Notes: a model not told the origin generated them from the sequence alone. Shown: positions 9,762-22,274, counted from the first letter of the stretch. The stretch is DNA of 64,000 nt from an uncultured delta proteobacterium (GCA_963803435.1 CAWDML010000001.1:64001-128000), one strand, 5' to 3'. Numbers and translations: made by a program.

Positions 9762-11294
9762 ATGCAGGATCGAACCGCCAGCAAGCAGGCGCGCCTGTTG
9801 GCCGATGCGACCGCACTTCTTCAGGATCTCGGCCTCACCAGCGCCACCGCCCTCGACCCCACACGGCGCATATTCGTGAACAGGAACCTCCGTTTCGACC
9901 AGATTCGATGCGTCGGGTTCGACATGGACTACACCGTCGCAAGCTACGTGAAGCGGAGCATCGAGGAGCTGTCGTTTCGAATGACCGCGGAGCGGCTGGT
10001 GAAGAAGCACGGCTACCCCGAAGAGATCGTGGAGATTCCGTACGATCCGAGCTTCGTCGTCCGGGGGCTCTGCATCGACAAGCGGCTCGGCAACATCATC
10101 AAGATGGACGGCCACAACCACGTGGGACGCGTCTTCCACGGGCGGCGGCTCCTCGACAAGGAGGAGCGCCGGCGCTGCTACCGCAACGTCAAGATCCGGC
10201 TGGCGGCGGCGCGCTATCACTGGATCGACACGCTGTTCGCCCTCCCGGAGGCGGCGCTCTACGCCGACATCATCGAGCTGTACGAGCGGACGCTCGGGAT
10301 CAAGAAGGTCGCGTACGGGAAGCTCTTCGAGGACATCCGCGCGGCGATCGACGAGTGTCATCGCGACGGATCGCTCAAGGCGATCGTGAAGAGCGACCTC
10401 AACCACTACATCAAGGAGGACCCGGAGCTCCCGCTGACGCTGCACAAGCTCCGCTCCGCCGGCAAGCGGCTCTTCCTGCTCACGAACTCCTACTGGGACT
10501 ACACGAACACGGTCATGAGCTTCGTGCTCGACGGCAAGCTCACCGAGTACCCGCGCTGGCGGAACTACTTCGACGTCATCGTCGTCGGCGCGCAGAAGCC
10601 CGCGTTCTTCACGCAGAATAATCCATTCAAACGAATCGACACGAAGAGCGGCGAGCTGGTCGAGGAGGTGGTCACCCACTTCGAGCACCGCGGGGTCTAC
10701 CAGGGCGGCAGCATCGGCCGCTTCGAGGAGCTCCTGGGCGATCGGGGCGACAATGTCCTCTACGTGGGCGACCACATCTACGGCGACATCATCCGTTCGA
10801 AGAAGGACTCGCTCTGGCGCACGGCGCTGATCCTCGAGGAGCTGGAGACCGAGCTCCTGCTGGCGCGCCAGCACCAGCGGGTGCAGTCGGATCTGATCGC
10901 GCTCGAGGAGCACCGCACCGCGATCGATCACGAGATCATGATCCTCAAGCTGAAGCTCTCGGCCATCGAGCAGGCCCTCGACGACGACAGCACGAAGGAC
11001 CGGGCGGACGATCTGAACCGCGCCAAGAAGCAGCTGCGCATGCTGCTCGATCGCAAACGCCGCGACCTGCGGGCCGCGATCTCGCGCCGCGAGCATCTGA
11101 GTCAGGAGGTCGACGCCGGCTACAACCCGTTCTGGGGGAGCGTGTTCAAGGAGGGGACCGAGGCCAGCCGGTTCGGCGAGCAGGTCGAGGACTACGCGTG
11201 CATTTATACGAGCCGGGTGTCGAACTTCATCGCGTACTCACCCAGCCAGTATTTCCGAGCGCCGCGACATTGGATGCCGCACGAAAAGATCTGA
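9762..11294 (+). CDS. HAD-IG family 5'-nucleotidase (cN-II-like)
   Basis: 'GFDMDYT', 'FLLTNS', 'KPAFF', 'YVGDHIYGDI', 'YACIYTSRVSN'. Confidence 0.92.
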   Translation: MQDRTASKQARLLADATALLQDLGLTSATALDPTRRIFVNRNLRFDQIRCVGFDMDYTVASYVKRSIEELSFRMTAERLVKKHGYPEEIVEIPYDPSFVVRGLCIDKRLGNIIKMDGHNHVGRVFHGRRLLDKEERRRCYRNVKIRLAAARYHWIDTLFALPEAALYADIIELYERTLGIKKVAYGKLFEDIRAAIDECHRDGSLKAIVKSDLNHYIKEDPELPLTLHKLRSAGKRLFLLTNSYWDYTNTVMSFVLDGKLTEYPRWRNYFDVIVVGAQKPAFFTQNNPFKRIDTKSGELVEEVVTHFEHRGVYQGGSIGRFEELLGDRGDNVLYVGDHIYGDIIRSKKDSLWRTALILEELETELLLARQHQRVQSDLIALEEHRTAIDHEIMILKLKLSAIEQALDDDSTKDRADDLNRAKKQLRMLLDRKRRDLRAAISRREHLSQEVDAGYNPFWGSVFKEGTEASRFGEQVEDYACIYTSRVSNFIAYSPSQYFRAPRHWMPHEKI

Positions 11295-11376
11295 TGCGGT
11301 GGGGGAGACTCGAACTCCCATGCCTCTCGGCGCCACCCCCTCAAGATGGTGTGTCTACCAATTTCACCACCACCGC
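11295..11376 (-). tRNA. tRNA-Leu(GAG), canonical long variable arm, CCA not encoded
   Basis: GCGGTGG acceptor, D-loop AAATTGGTAGAC, anticodon loop TT-GAG-GG, GTTCGAGT T-loop; conserved position after secG. Confidence 0.95.
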
Positions 11377-11413
11377 ATGTTTCGAGAGCTTCTAACCAAG
11401 GCCACGAGGATCG

Positions 11414-11764
11414 TCAAGGCTGCGCGCTCTGGCTCGACGTCGGCGCGCCTACCTGGTGCGTGCCCTCGTCCGGCGTCTTCCCGGACGTGTCGGCCGGGAC
11501 GGGCTTGTCCGGGACGTCCGAGACCACCGACCGGGACCGCGACGAGAAGTACGACAGGCCCATGCTGGTGCACATGAAGATGATCGCCGCAGCGGTGGTC
11601 ATCTTGGTCAGGAACGTGGCCGCCCCGCGGCTGCCGAACACCGTGCCAGAGCTGCCCCCGCCGAACACCGCGCTCACGCCGCCCCCCTTGCCGCTCTGAA
11701 GCAGGATGATCGGGAGCATGCCGATGCAGACGAGGATGTGGAGGATGTAGAGCGCGGTCTCCAT
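11414..11764 (-). CDS. secG: Preprotein translocase subunit SecG
   Basis: 'ILLQSGKGGG...FGGG...FLTKMT'; follows tpiA. Confidence 0.95.
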   Translation of the reverse strand: METALYILHILVCIGMLPIILLQSGKGGGVSAVFGGGSSGTVFGSRGAATFLTKMTTAAAIIFMCTSMGLSYFSSRSRSVVSDVPDKPVPADTSGKTPDEGTHQVGAPTSSQSAQP

Positions 11765-11799
11765 CTCGGAGGCCTTTGAATGCTATCCGGGCCGGCAGG

Positions 11800-12558
11800 T
11801 CAAGGCTTGGCCGCGCGGCAGATCGCCGAAAAAGCGTCGGGTTTGAGCGAGGCGCCGCCGATGAGCCCGCCGTCGATGTCGGGCTGGCCCAGCAGATCCC
11901 GGGCGTTCTCTGCGTTCATCGAGCCCCCATACTGGATCCGCAGCTGGCCGGCGCCCTCGGCCCCGAAGAGCGCGGCCAGGCGCGCGCGCAGGTGGGCATG
12001 GACCTCCTGGGCCTGCGCCGGGGTCGCCGTCCGGCCCGTGCCGATGGCCCAGACCGGCTCGTAGGCCACCACCAGATCGGGGACCCGGTCGGGTCCGAGG
12101 CCCCCGAGCCCGACCTCGAGCTGCGCGCTCACCACCGCCAGGGTCTGGTTCTTCTCGCGCTCCTCGAGCGTCTCGCCCAGGCAGTAGATGACGCGGAGAC
12201 CGGCCGAGAGCACGGCGTGAATCTTCTTCGCGCAGCTCTCGTTGGTCTCACCGAAGGACGTCCGCCGCTCGCTGTGCCCGATGATCACGTAGCGCGTCCC
12301 GACCTCCTTCAGCATGGCCGCCGAGACCTCGCCCGTGTAGGCGCCCTGCGTCTCGTGATGGCAGTTCTGCGCCGCCAGCGCGAGCTTCGTGCCGGTGAGA
12401 CGCTTGCCCACGGCGTGGAGCGCGGTGAACGGCGGCGCCACCGCGACCTCGACGCCGGCGAGCGGCTCGAGGCTCGGCATCAGCGCGTCGACCAGCGCCA
12501 CCGCCTCACCGACGGTCTTGTGCATCTTCCAGTTGCCGCAGACGAACGGGATTCTCAT
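11800..12558 (-). CDS. tpiA: Triosephosphate isomerase
   Basis: 'GNWKM', 'GHSERR', '[11 protein letters not shown]'. Confidence 0.98.
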   Translation of the reverse strand: MRIPFVCGNWKMHKTVGEAVALVDALMPSLEPLAGVEVAVAPPFTALHAVGKRLTGTKLALAAQNCHHETQGAYTGEVSAAMLKEVGTRYVIIGHSERRTSFGETNESCAKKIHAVLSAGLRVIYCLGETLEEREKNQTLAVVSAQLEVGLGGLGPDRVPDLVVAYEPVWAIGTGRTATPAQAQEVHAHLRARLAALFGAEGAGQLRIQYGGSMNAENARDLLGQPDIDGGLIGGASLKPDAFSAICRAAKP

Positions 12559-13733
12559 CGCTCCTCCAGTGCCTTCACGCCGGGGAGCTGCTTGCCCTCG
12601 ACGAACTCCATGCTGGCGCCGCCGCCGGTCGACACGTGCGTGATCTTATCCTCGAGCCCGGCCTTGTTGAGCGCCGCCACCGAGTCGCCGCCGCCGACCA
12701 CGCTGATCGCGCCGCTGTCGGCGACCGCGTGCGCGATGGCGTTGGTGCCGGCGGCGAAGCTGTCCCACTCGAACACGCCCATGGGCCCGTTCCAGAAGAT
12801 CGTCTTCGCCTCGTGGATCACGCGGGCGTAGCGCTCGCGAGTCTTGGGCCCGATGTCGAGCCCCATCCGATCGTCGTGGATCTCGGTGACCACCTCGGGC
12901 GTGGCGTGCTCGTCGAAGGTCGCCGCCACCACGTGATCCTCCGGGAGCAAGAGCTGCACCTTCCGGGCGGAGGCCGCCTTCATGATCTTCTCGGCCAGCT
13001 CCACGGCGTCGGCCTCGAGGCGGCTCTTGCCGATCTTCTTCCCGCGCGCCGCCAGAAACGTGTACGCCATGGCGCCGCCGATCAGGATCACGTTCACGCG
13101 CTCCACCAGGCTGGTGAGGATGCCGATCTTGTCGCTGACCTTGGCCCCGCCGATGATCGCCACGAAGGGCTGCTTGGGCGACTCGAGGATCTGTCCCAGG
13201 TGCTCGAGCTCCTTCATCATCAAGAGGCCGGCGCCCTTGTCGCGGACGAAGCGGACCATCCCCACCGTGGAAGCGTGCGCCCGATGCGCGGTGCCGAAGG
13301 CGTCGTTGATGTAGACGTCGATGCCGTCGGCCAGGGCGCGGGCGAAGTCCTCGTCGTTCTTCTCCTCACCCTTGTGAAAGCGCAGGTTCTCCAGAAGGAG
13401 CACGTCGCCCTCGCGGAGGTCGCGGATGTTCTTCTTGACGCCGTCGCCGACGCAGTCGTCGGCGAACACCACGTCCTTACCCAGGAGCTCCGCCAGGCGC
13501 TTGCCCACCGGCTCGAGGGACATGTCGGGCTGCGGCTTGCCGCCCGGACGCCCCAGGTGCGAGGCCAGCACCACGCGTGCGCCCTGCTCGATCGCCAGCT
13601 CGATCGTGGGGAGCGACGCGCGGATGCGGGTGTCGTCGGCGACCTCGCCGTCCGGTGTCAGCGGAACGTTGAAGTCGACGCGGATGAACGTCGCCCGACC
13701 TCGAAGGTCGAGCGCATCGATGCGAGCAACCAT
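12555..13733 (-). CDS. pgk: Phosphoglycerate kinase
   Basis: 'RVDFNVP', 'SHLGRP', '[13 protein letters not shown]', 'STGGGAS'. Confidence 0.98.
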   Translation of the reverse strand: MVARIDALDLRGRATFIRVDFNVPLTPDGEVADDTRIRASLPTIELAIEQGARVVLASHLGRPGGKPQPDMSLEPVGKRLAELLGKDVVFADDCVGDGVKKNIRDLREGDVLLLENLRFHKGEEKNDEDFARALADGIDVYINDAFGTAHRAHASTVGMVRFVRDKGAGLLMMKELEHLGQILESPKQPFVAIIGGAKVSDKIGILTSLVERVNVILIGGAMAYTFLAARGKKIGKSRLEADAVELAEKIMKAASARKVQLLLPEDHVVAATFDEHATPEVVTEIHDDRMGLDIGPKTRERYARVIHEAKTIFWNGPMGVFEWDSFAAGTNAIAHAVADSGAISVVGGGDSVAALNKAGLEDKITHVSTGGGASMEFVEGKQLPGVKALEER

Positions 13734-13743
13734 TTCGTGAACC

Positions 13744-14757
<1,014 letters not shown>

Positions 14758-14809
14758 GGGCTGCTCCTAGCGCTTTACGCAGGCCGTGTCACGGGCTACG
14801 CAAGCAGGG

Positions 14810-16438
14810 ATGAGCGCCATTTTCGTCGTGCCGGAGCCGAGGAACGAACCCGTCCTGAGCTTTTCAGCTCAAAGCGCAGAACGGAAGGCGCTCAAGGCCG
14901 CGCTCCAGAGCTCCGCGGAGGCGGTCGCAAACCTCCCGCTGTACGTCGCAGGCGAGCGCGTCGAGACCGGCAAGACCAACGACGTGGTGATGCCGCACGA
15001 TCACCGCCGCGTCATCGGACGGTGGCACATCGCCACGAGCGCGCAGGTGGACCAGGCGATCAAAGCCGCGGAGGCGTCCCGCCCGGCGTGGGCGGCCCTC
15101 TCCTTCGAGGCCCGCGCGGCCATCCTGTTGAAGGCGGCCGACCTCCTCACCGGGCCGTGGCGGTACCGGATGCTGGCCGCGACCATGCTCGGGCAGTCCA
15201 AGACCGCCCACCAGGCCGAGATCGACTGCGTGTGCGAGCTCGCCGACTTCTGGCGCTTCAACGTCGCCTTCGCCGATCGCATCATCCGCGAGCAACCGCT
15301 CTCCACGCCCGGAGTGTGGAACCGGCTCGAATACCGCCCGCTGGACGGCTTCGTCTTCGCCGTCACTCCGTTCAACTTCACCGCCATCGGCGGCAACCTG
15401 CCCACCGCGCCGGCGCTGATGGGCAACACGGTGATCTGGAAGCCCGCCTCCACGGCGATGTTCTCGGCGTCGGTGGTGATGCAGATCCTCGAAGAGGCCG
15501 GCCTGCCGCCGGGCGTGATCAACCTGGTCGGCGGCAACGCGGCGCAGATCAGCGACGCCGTCCTCGGGTCGCCGCACCTTGGCGGCATCCACTTCACCGG
15601 CAGCACCAGCACCTTCCAGCACCTCTGGTCGACGGTCGGGAAGAACATCGCGCGCTATCGACAGTACCCGCGGCTGGTGGGCGAGACCGGCGGCAAGGAC
15701 TTCATCTTCGTCCACTCGAGCACGGACGAGGACGCGCTGATCACCGCCATCATTCGGGGCGGCTACGAATACCAGGGCCAGAAGTGCAGCGCCGCCTCGC
15801 GCGTCTACGTGCCGAAGAGCGTGTGGAAGCGGATCCAGCCCCGCCTCGCCGACGAGATCCAGGCCATCACCATGGGCGACGTCTCGGACTTCTCCAACTT
15901 CATGGGTGCGGTCATCGACGCCAAGTCGTTCGCCAAGATCCGGAGCTACCTGGAGCTGGCCAAGGCGGACGCCGGCTGCCACGTGGTCGCCGGAGGGACC
16001 TGCGACGACAGCAACGGCTGGTTCGTGCGCCCGACCTTGATCCAGGCCGAGGACCCCAAGCACCCGTTGATGCGCGAGGAGATCTTCGGACCGGTCGTCA
16101 CCGTCTTCGCGTACGACGACGATCGGGAGGCCGAGGCCCTCGCGCTCTGCGACACGAGCTCGGACTACGCGCTGACCGGCGCCGTCTTCGGACGCGATCG
16201 CGGCGCGATCGAGCGGATCGCGCAGGCACTCTCGGGCGCGGCCGGCAACTTCTACATCAACGACAAGCCCACCGGTGCCGTGGTCGGCCAGCAGCCGTTC
16301 GGCGGCAGCCGCGCCTCCGGGACCAACGACAAGGCCGGGAGCGCGCTCAACCTGATGCGGTGGGTCTCCCCGCGTTCGATCAAGGAGACGTTCGTACCGG
16401 CGACCAACTACCGCTACCCGTTCATGGACGAGCCTTAA
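14810..16438 (+). CDS. pruA: L-glutamate gamma-semialdehyde (P5C) dehydrogenase
   Basis: 'PFNFTAIGGNL', 'GETGGKDF', 'EYQGQKCSAASR', 'NDKPTGAVVGQQPFGG'. Confidence 0.95.
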   Translation: MSAIFVVPEPRNEPVLSFSAQSAERKALKAALQSSAEAVANLPLYVAGERVETGKTNDVVMPHDHRRVIGRWHIATSAQVDQAIKAAEASRPAWAALSFEARAAILLKAADLLTGPWRYRMLAATMLGQSKTAHQAEIDCVCELADFWRFNVAFADRIIREQPLSTPGVWNRLEYRPLDGFVFAVTPFNFTAIGGNLPTAPALMGNTVIWKPASTAMFSASVVMQILEEAGLPPGVINLVGGNAAQISDAVLGSPHLGGIHFTGSTSTFQHLWSTVGKNIARYRQYPRLVGETGGKDFIFVHSSTDEDALITAIIRGGYEYQGQKCSAASRVYVPKSVWKRIQPRLADEIQAITMGDVSDFSNFMGAVIDAKSFAKIRSYLELAKADAGCHVVAGGTCDDSNGWFVRPTLIQAEDPKHPLMREEIFGPVVTVFAYDDDREAEALALCDTSSDYALTGAVFGRDRGAIERIAQALSGAAGNFYINDKPTGAVVGQQPFGGSRASGTNDKAGSALNLMRWVSPRSIKETFVPATNYRYPFMDEP

Positions 16439-16439
16439 G

Positions 16440-17596
16440 GTGACCTCGAAGCCCGCTCTGAAACGCCCGCTCCTGGAGCGCGCCGGGGTGGGCTACTTCA
16501 AGCGCCGCCACCAGAAGCTCCCGCCCGTGGTGGCGGAGGACGCGATCCATTACCTGAACCCGAGCGAGCGGCGCGCGCTCCGGCGCATCCACCACCTCTG
16601 CGTGATGCGCGCGGGCCTGGTGGGCGTGACCTCGGCGAGCGTGGTGGGCTTCTTCGACGTCTATGTCTTCGATCCGAGCAACCCGATCACGTACTACCTC
16701 TCGGTCGGGCTCCTGACCGGCGTGCTGGCGGTCTTCGAGAATCGGCTTCCTCTACTGGGACGCGCTCCGCTCCGTCCACGATCTGTCCCACGCCGCCGGG
16801 CTCGATCTGTTCGGAGGCAGCGACGAGGAGGCGGAGGCGGTCGCCGCGGCGCTGGCCCGGGCCGCGCTCGAGCTGCCGAACCCGCCCGAGCGCGTCTTCG
16901 GGGTCGACCCGCGCAAGGAGGTCGGCAAGCTGCGCCTAGTCCTGGTCAGCCTCGCGTACAAGGCCAAGGTCGGCGTCACCAACTTCCTGGTGAAGGCGCT
17001 GATCCGGCGCGCCATGGGACGGGCGCTGATCCGCGGGCTCCTCTCCTTCGTCGCGGTCCCGGTGACCGCCAGCTGGAATGCCCTGGTCGCCTGGAAGGTG
17101 CTGCGCGAGGCCCGCATCCGCGTCCTGGGCCCGAGCGCGATCGAAGAGCTCTGCGGGATCATCTTCGAGGCCGGCGGGGAGCTCTCCCCGGTCGGGCGCG
17201 ACACCGTGGTCCGCGCCGTGGGCAGCTCGATCGGTGCGGACCCGCGACATCCACCCGAACCTCCAGCACCTCCTGGTCCACGTGACCCGCGTGCTGGCTG
17301 AGCCCGCCGACAAGGACGTCGACGATCCGAAGGTGTTCCTCGATCAGCTGGCCCGGTTGTCCGAGGACGAGAAGCTCACGGTCCTCCGCATCCTCAACGT
17401 CGCCAGCGTCATCGACGGCCGCCTCACCGTCGCCGAGATCGGGCTGGTGAAGGAGGCGATGGTGGCGAGCGGACACCCGGTCACCGCCCGGTTCGTCCGC
17501 CGGCTCAAGCGCGCGTTCGTGAGCGGTGACGCGGTCAATCGGCGGATGGTCCTGGAGGTGACGGAGCGGCCCGCACCGCTTACCGGAGCCGCGTAA
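16440..17596 (+). CDS. Hypothetical membrane protein, split by two single-base insertions (~16740, ~17233)
   Basis: Three frames join ('AVFE|IGFLYWD...GSSI|VRTRDIHPN'); resembles the LBF_2804 family from memory. Confidence 0.65.
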
Positions 17597-17647
17597 TTCC
17601 CCGGTCGCCGCGCGTGAGCTCTAATCGAAGCCTCGGAGGTAGGGATT

Positions 17648-18011
17648 TTGGCGATTACCATCGGAACGCTCTTGAACCTCGGCCGCCCCAGAGGACGGGG
17701 GCCTGGACGACAGCTTCGCAAGCAAGTACGGCAGCCTGTTTCAGACCGACGGACAGCGCCTCACGGGCGAGTACGCCGACGCCGACATCGCCCGCAACAG
17801 CAATACCGCGCGCGCCAACCTCGAGCGCATCGCCGCCAAGAACCTCGCCGCCGGCGACACCGGTGTGGACACGTCGACCGGCGAGCGACGGAATCAGTTC
17901 GCAGCGCCGAGGAACCTGGAGGCGAAGAGCGTGGATCAGACGTCTCCCACCGAGAGCAACGTGCAGCTTCGCTCGCTGGCCACCGGCCCCGCCGGCGCCC
18001 TCAAAGCCTGA
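17648..18011 (+). CDS. Small hypothetical protein (~120 aa), frameshift in CCCC run at ~17687
   Basis: SD GGAGG then TTG; after removing one base reads 'EDGGLDDSFASKYG...GALKA*' with high-GC codon pattern. Confidence 0.55.
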
Positions 18012-18367
18012 CGGCTAGGAGACTTGCTCCGATCGAACCTCGAGCTCTGTGGTCCTCGTCCACCATCGGCAGCACGACGCTCGACGGTCTGGGAGGCGAT
18101 GGCGCAGTTCTGCGCCACGCACTCGAGTGAGGGATGTAGAGGTAGTACGGGTTCACGTGCACTGGGCCCCTGTAGAAGGCTTGACCAGGAGGTCTCGTCT
18201 CCCAGCTACGACGTGCCGCCGCGTCCGTGCCGACCACCATCGCGGAGGGCTCGAAGCGCTCCCACGATCGAGACTACGCGCGGTTCTTGAACACCATCGC
18301 TTCTTTCACCTCACGGTCACCGCGTGGAGGTTCCGTGGGTCTCCCTCGCTTCTGGTCTCGCCCCCGT

Positions 18368-19454
18368 TCAGTGCGCCGCCCAGCGGCGCCCCTGCCCCGC
18401 GTGGAAGATCACCGGCAGCGTGTCCCCCGTCCCCACCAGTCCGACGTTCGCCGCCGCGGGGAGCTCGTAGCGGAGCTCGAGCGTCAGGGGCGAAGTGGGG
18501 CCCTGGGCGAAGTATTCGCTCATGAGATCCGGCGGCAGCGTGAAGCTGCCGACGTCCTGTACCACCAGACAGGTGAGCTTCACGTTGCGGTCGGCGTCGT
18601 AGACCTCCGCGATCGCGCGGGTGCCGGCGGGAGGGGCGGTCGCCGGCTGCCAGACGAAGCTGACGCCCTGGGCGAGCGGAACGTCGAGCCCGACGGCGGG
18701 CACGGAGACGTTCATCGGCGGCGGCGGCGGGGTGGTGGCGGTGGCGCCGGCCAGCGTGCCGGACTGGTTGGTGCTGACGATGGTGAAGACGACGGCCGTC
18801 GAGCCGAAGAACAGGTTCGCGGTGGGCGCGAACTGCGGCTCGAAGCGGCCGTTGCCCACGGGGAGGTAGGTCAGCATCTGGTTGGGGAGCGTGCCGATGT
18901 CGATCGTGACGCGGTCGGCGACGAGCGGGAGGATCGCGCCCGAGATCAGCGTGGTCCGCTGGAGCCCGCACGATCCGTTCGCCGGCACGAACTCACGGGT
19001 GAGGTAGTCGAACGTAGCCTGACGTCGATCCTCGAAGCGCGCGAACGCCGTCGAGCCGGCCGGGCTCGTGAATCTCGACGATCCACACCTCGCCGAAGGG
19101 CGGGAGCGAGGCTCCGCCGTCGGGGCCGCCGTCCACACCCCCGTCCCCTCCGAGCCCGCCGCCGTCGCCCGCACCGCCGGCGTCCCCGGCGTCGCCTGCG
19201 TCCCCGGCGTCCCGGCCTCCATCGTCGCCGCCACCGCCCCCGTCCACGCCCGCGTCGGGGCCGCTGTCGCGCGGTCCGACGTCCGCGATCCCGCCGCAGG
19301 GCGGATTGGCGCAGCCGCCCTTGATCGGGGCGCAGACGCCGTCGTTGCACTCCTGTCCGCTGGGACAGTCGAGCTTCGTCTCGCACTTCCCGGATTTGCA
19401 ACCCAGGTTGACAATCCAACCCAGCAGGAGGAGCGGCATCAGCTTCTTCATCAC
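18368..19454 (-). CDS. Cys-rich lipoprotein (paralog of 8654..9712), frameshift ~19063
   Basis: N-terminus 'MKKLMPLLLLGWIVNLGC' joins the frame carrying 'PVGNGRFEP', 'LTCLV', 'LELRYE'. Confidence 0.7.
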
Positions 19455-20917
19455 GCCCTCGCGTTCTGCTCGCGCAAGCGCTGGCTCAGCGTCTTCACGA
19501 AGGTCCGGTACACCCGGAGCGCGATCCGATCGTTTGCGAACATGAACTGCTCGAAGCGCTCCTTCCGGATCAGCAGCGCCTTGATGTTGTCCTCGGCCCG
19601 AACGCGGGCCGAGGTCGGTGCGTCGTCGATCAGCGACATCTCACCCGCATAGCTGCCGGGCCCGAGCGTCGCCAGCTTCGTCTCTCGGCCCCCGTGCTCC
19701 ACCTTGCTCACCTGACAGGTGCCCTCGCGGATGATGAGGAGGCCGCCGCCCGGATGTCCCTGCTCGATCAGGACCTCACCCGCGGAGAAATAGACGCTCT
19801 CCGAGACGTTGAAGAACGCCTTCATCTCCTCGAGCGAGAGGTCCTCGAAGATCGGGAGCGCCTTGAGCGCGTCGTAGCCCTCCATCCGCTGCGTGTAGCT
19901 GATCTTCACCGTCTCGGCGGGCCGCGGCGGCACCAGCGGCTTGGGAGCCGGCGGCCGAGGCGCGAACGGGTTGCCGTCGAGGGCCGCGAAGGGATCCGTG
20001 ACCTTGACCGGCGGAGGCCGCTTCGGCAGCGGCTTCATCGATTGCGTGACCTTGGAGGGCGCGAACGGATCGGTGACCTGGGCCGCGACGCCGGTCCCCT
20101 TGCGGACGGCCGCGAGACAGCTCGCCACGTCCTTGTAGCCGGCGTCCCAGGAGGAGACGAGCTCGAACGCGCGCCCCGCCTGCTCGGGCTGTCCCGCCTC
20201 CCACATCAGACGGCCCAGGCGGTACGCCAGCTCGGCGGTCATCTTGTCGACGACCGGCGTGCCCGGCGGGAGCGCGGCCGCCAGGCGCTGGATCGCCAGG
20301 TCGCGACGGTCGAGCTTCACCAGCACCTCGGACAAGAGCCCGGTCGCCTGGATGAAGCGCGCGTCGGTCGCTTGCACCTGCGCGAGCAGGTGCGCCGCGC
20401 GCCGGTAGTCCTCGAGGCGCATCACCAGCTGCGCCCCGCCGATCAGATCGCCCGACTTCTCGAGCGCGTCGGCGGCCTCCGACAGCTTGCCGGCGCCGTA
20501 ATAAAGCTCGGCGGCCTTTCGTACCTCGCCGGCCTTCTCATACATGTTCGCGGCCCGCACCGGGTCGTTCGCCTTGCTGTAGCACTCGGCTGCCTGGGCG
20601 AAGTCGTAGGCCGCCGCATAGGCCCGACCGGCGGCGCCCCACTCTCCGAGCTGGCGGCACGCTTCGCCTGCGCGCGGGTAGTCGCGGGCGCGATAGAAGA
20701 GGTTGGCGATCGACTTCTTGGTGGGCGTCGAGGCGTTGGAGAACTCGGTCCACAGCTGAGCCCCGACGCCCTCGACGCAGCTCTCGTACAGCTGCACGGC
20801 CGCATCCACTTCGCCCTTCGCGAGATGCGACCGGAGAAACTCGATCACCTTCCCGGTGGGCATGAACTGACCGTCGTTGCCGTCACCCGCGGTGAACTCC
20901 CATTCCATCAGCGCCAT
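19451..20917 (-). CDS. TPR/helical-repeat protein with C-terminal cyclic nucleotide-binding domain
   Basis: 'AANMYEKAG' type repeats; 'LGPGSYAGEMSLIDDAPTSARVRA'. Confidence 0.85.
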   Translation of the reverse strand: MALMEWEFTAGDGNDGQFMPTGKVIEFLRSHLAKGEVDAAVQLYESCVEGVGAQLWTEFSNASTPTKKSIANLFYRARDYPRAGEACRQLGEWGAAGRAYAAAYDFAQAAECYSKANDPVRAANMYEKAGEVRKAAELYYGAGKLSEAADALEKSGDLIGGAQLVMRLEDYRRAAHLLAQVQATDARFIQATGLLSEVLVKLDRRDLAIQRLAAALPPGTPVVDKMTAELAYRLGRLMWEAGQPEQAGRAFELVSSWDAGYKDVASCLAAVRKGTGVAAQVTDPFAPSKVTQSMKPLPKRPPPVKVTDPFAALDGNPFAPRPPAPKPLVPPRPAETVKISYTQRMEGYDALKALPIFEDLSLEEMKAFFNVSESVYFSAGEVLIEQGHPGGGLLIIREGTCQVSKVEHGGRETKLATLGPGSYAGEMSLIDDAPTSARVRAEDNIKALLIRKERFEQFMFANDRIALRVYRTFVKTLSQRLREQNARA

Positions 20918-20971
20918 GGCGTGATCGATGCTCGCACGCTCTCGGGGAGGAGTGGTAGCCTCCCGGACGTC

Positions 20972-21517
20972 ATGATGGCGCTGGTCCTGGTGCTCACCGC
21001 GGGGCTCTCCGCCGCACCTCCGCAGAATCAAGACTTCGACAAAGATGGGATCATCGATCTCGAGGACGACTGCCCCACGGATCCCGGGAGCGCCAAGAAC
21101 CACGGCTGCCCCGGCGACGCCCCGGCCCCGCCGCCTCCGGCCGAGCCCGGGCCCGCGATCGAGGTGGAGGGGAACAAGCTCGCGATCGACGAGCAGATCC
21201 AGTTCCGCACCGGGAGCGCCTCGGTCGACCCGAAGAGCTTCGACCTGCTGCGCCGGATCGCGGAGGCGATCAAGTCGCTGCCCGCCGATCAGAAGCTGTC
21301 GATCGAGGGTCACACGGACAACCGCGGCAAGGCGCGGCTCAACGAGCGGTTGTCCCAGTCGCGCGCCGAGGCGGTCATCGCGCACCTGGTGCGAAACGGG
21401 GTCGAGCGCGCGCGCCTCTCGGCCAAGGGCTACGGCGCGGCGCGGCCGCTGGCGCCGAACGACACCGAGGCGGGGCGAGCCAAGAACCGGCGCGTGGAGT
21501 TCATCATCCAGGAGTGA
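20972..21517 (+). CDS. OmpA-family peptidoglycan-binding protein with TSP3-like repeat
   Basis: 'DFDKDGIIDLEDDCP', 'IEGHTDN', 'NERLSQSRA', 'NRRVEF'. Confidence 0.92.
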   Translation: MMALVLVLTAGLSAAPPQNQDFDKDGIIDLEDDCPTDPGSAKNHGCPGDAPAPPPPAEPGPAIEVEGNKLAIDEQIQFRTGSASVDPKSFDLLRRIAEAIKSLPADQKLSIEGHTDNRGKARLNERLSQSRAEAVIAHLVRNGVERARLSAKGYGAARPLAPNDTEAGRAKNRRVEFIIQE

Positions 21518-21524
21518 GCGTGCT

Positions 21525-22253
21525 TTGCGAGTCGCCCTGACGCTCACCTTTACCGCGCTCACGATCGGGTGCGGGCGGACGCCTGAGGAGGCGGTCCAGA
21601 GGGCGCTCACCGCGATCGAGACCCACGACGCCTCGGCGCTCGAGCGGGTGCTCGATCTCGAGTACGCCGATCCGCTCGGCGACGAGCACCGGCTGCTCAC
21701 CGACGTCACCGAGCTCTGGGAGCGCTACCCGCGCATCGAAATCCGCGCCGAAGACCTGCTCACCTCGAAGGGCGCCTCCGAGCTGGAGGCGACGGTGAGC
21801 GGGACCATCGACGCCGACTTCGTGGGGACGCCGACGTGGAAGGTGAAGGGGCCGCTCCCGATCGAGCTGGTCCGTCGCAGCGACGGATTCCGCATCCGCT
21901 CGCACCTGCTCACCACCTTCCGCGACGCCCAGCAGCTGATGGACGCGCGCCGCGCCGCGCTGGAGGCCAACGACGTCGAGGGGGTGCGAAAGCTTCTGCA
22001 CCCCGACTACCGCGACGGTGACCTGGACGCCGACGGCGCGATGCAGCGGCTCGCCGGAAGCCTCGACGGACGGAAGGTCCGCTTGCAGGTCAGCAACTAT
22101 CGACTCGAGCTCCGCGGTCCGTGGGCGCACCTCGACGAGTACTATGTGCTGGTGGTGGACGACCGCCCTACCCGACCGCTCATCGCGCGCTTCACGCTGA
22201 AGACGACCGCGGGCCGCTGGCGGATCGCGGCCGGCCTCTACCCCGCGAACTGA
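21525..22253 (+). CDS. Lipoprotein with two NTF2/SnoaL-like domains
   Basis: Lipobox 'TIGC'; repeated 'ALE..D..L..LL..DY.D' and terminal 'WRI/FRI' strands. Confidence 0.6.
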   Translation: MRVALTLTFTALTIGCGRTPEEAVQRALTAIETHDASALERVLDLEYADPLGDEHRLLTDVTELWERYPRIEIRAEDLLTSKGASELEATVSGTIDADFVGTPTWKVKGPLPIELVRRSDGFRIRSHLLTTFRDAQQLMDARRAALEANDVEGVRKLLHPDYRDGDLDADGAMQRLAGSLDGRKVRLQVSNYRLELRGPWAHLDEYYVLVVDDRPTRPLIARFTLKTTAGRWRIAAGLYPAN

Positions 22254-22274
22254 GGACCGCGCTACTGTGGCCCC

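Noticed and set aside
11295-11376. tRNA-Leu as the integration site of a genomic island
   Set aside because: No integrase or duplicated 3' end seen; it is flanked directly by housekeeping genes
19140-19240. Tandem 9-bp GC-rich repeats
   Set aside because: They encode the GDA/DAG low-complexity linker of a lipoprotein
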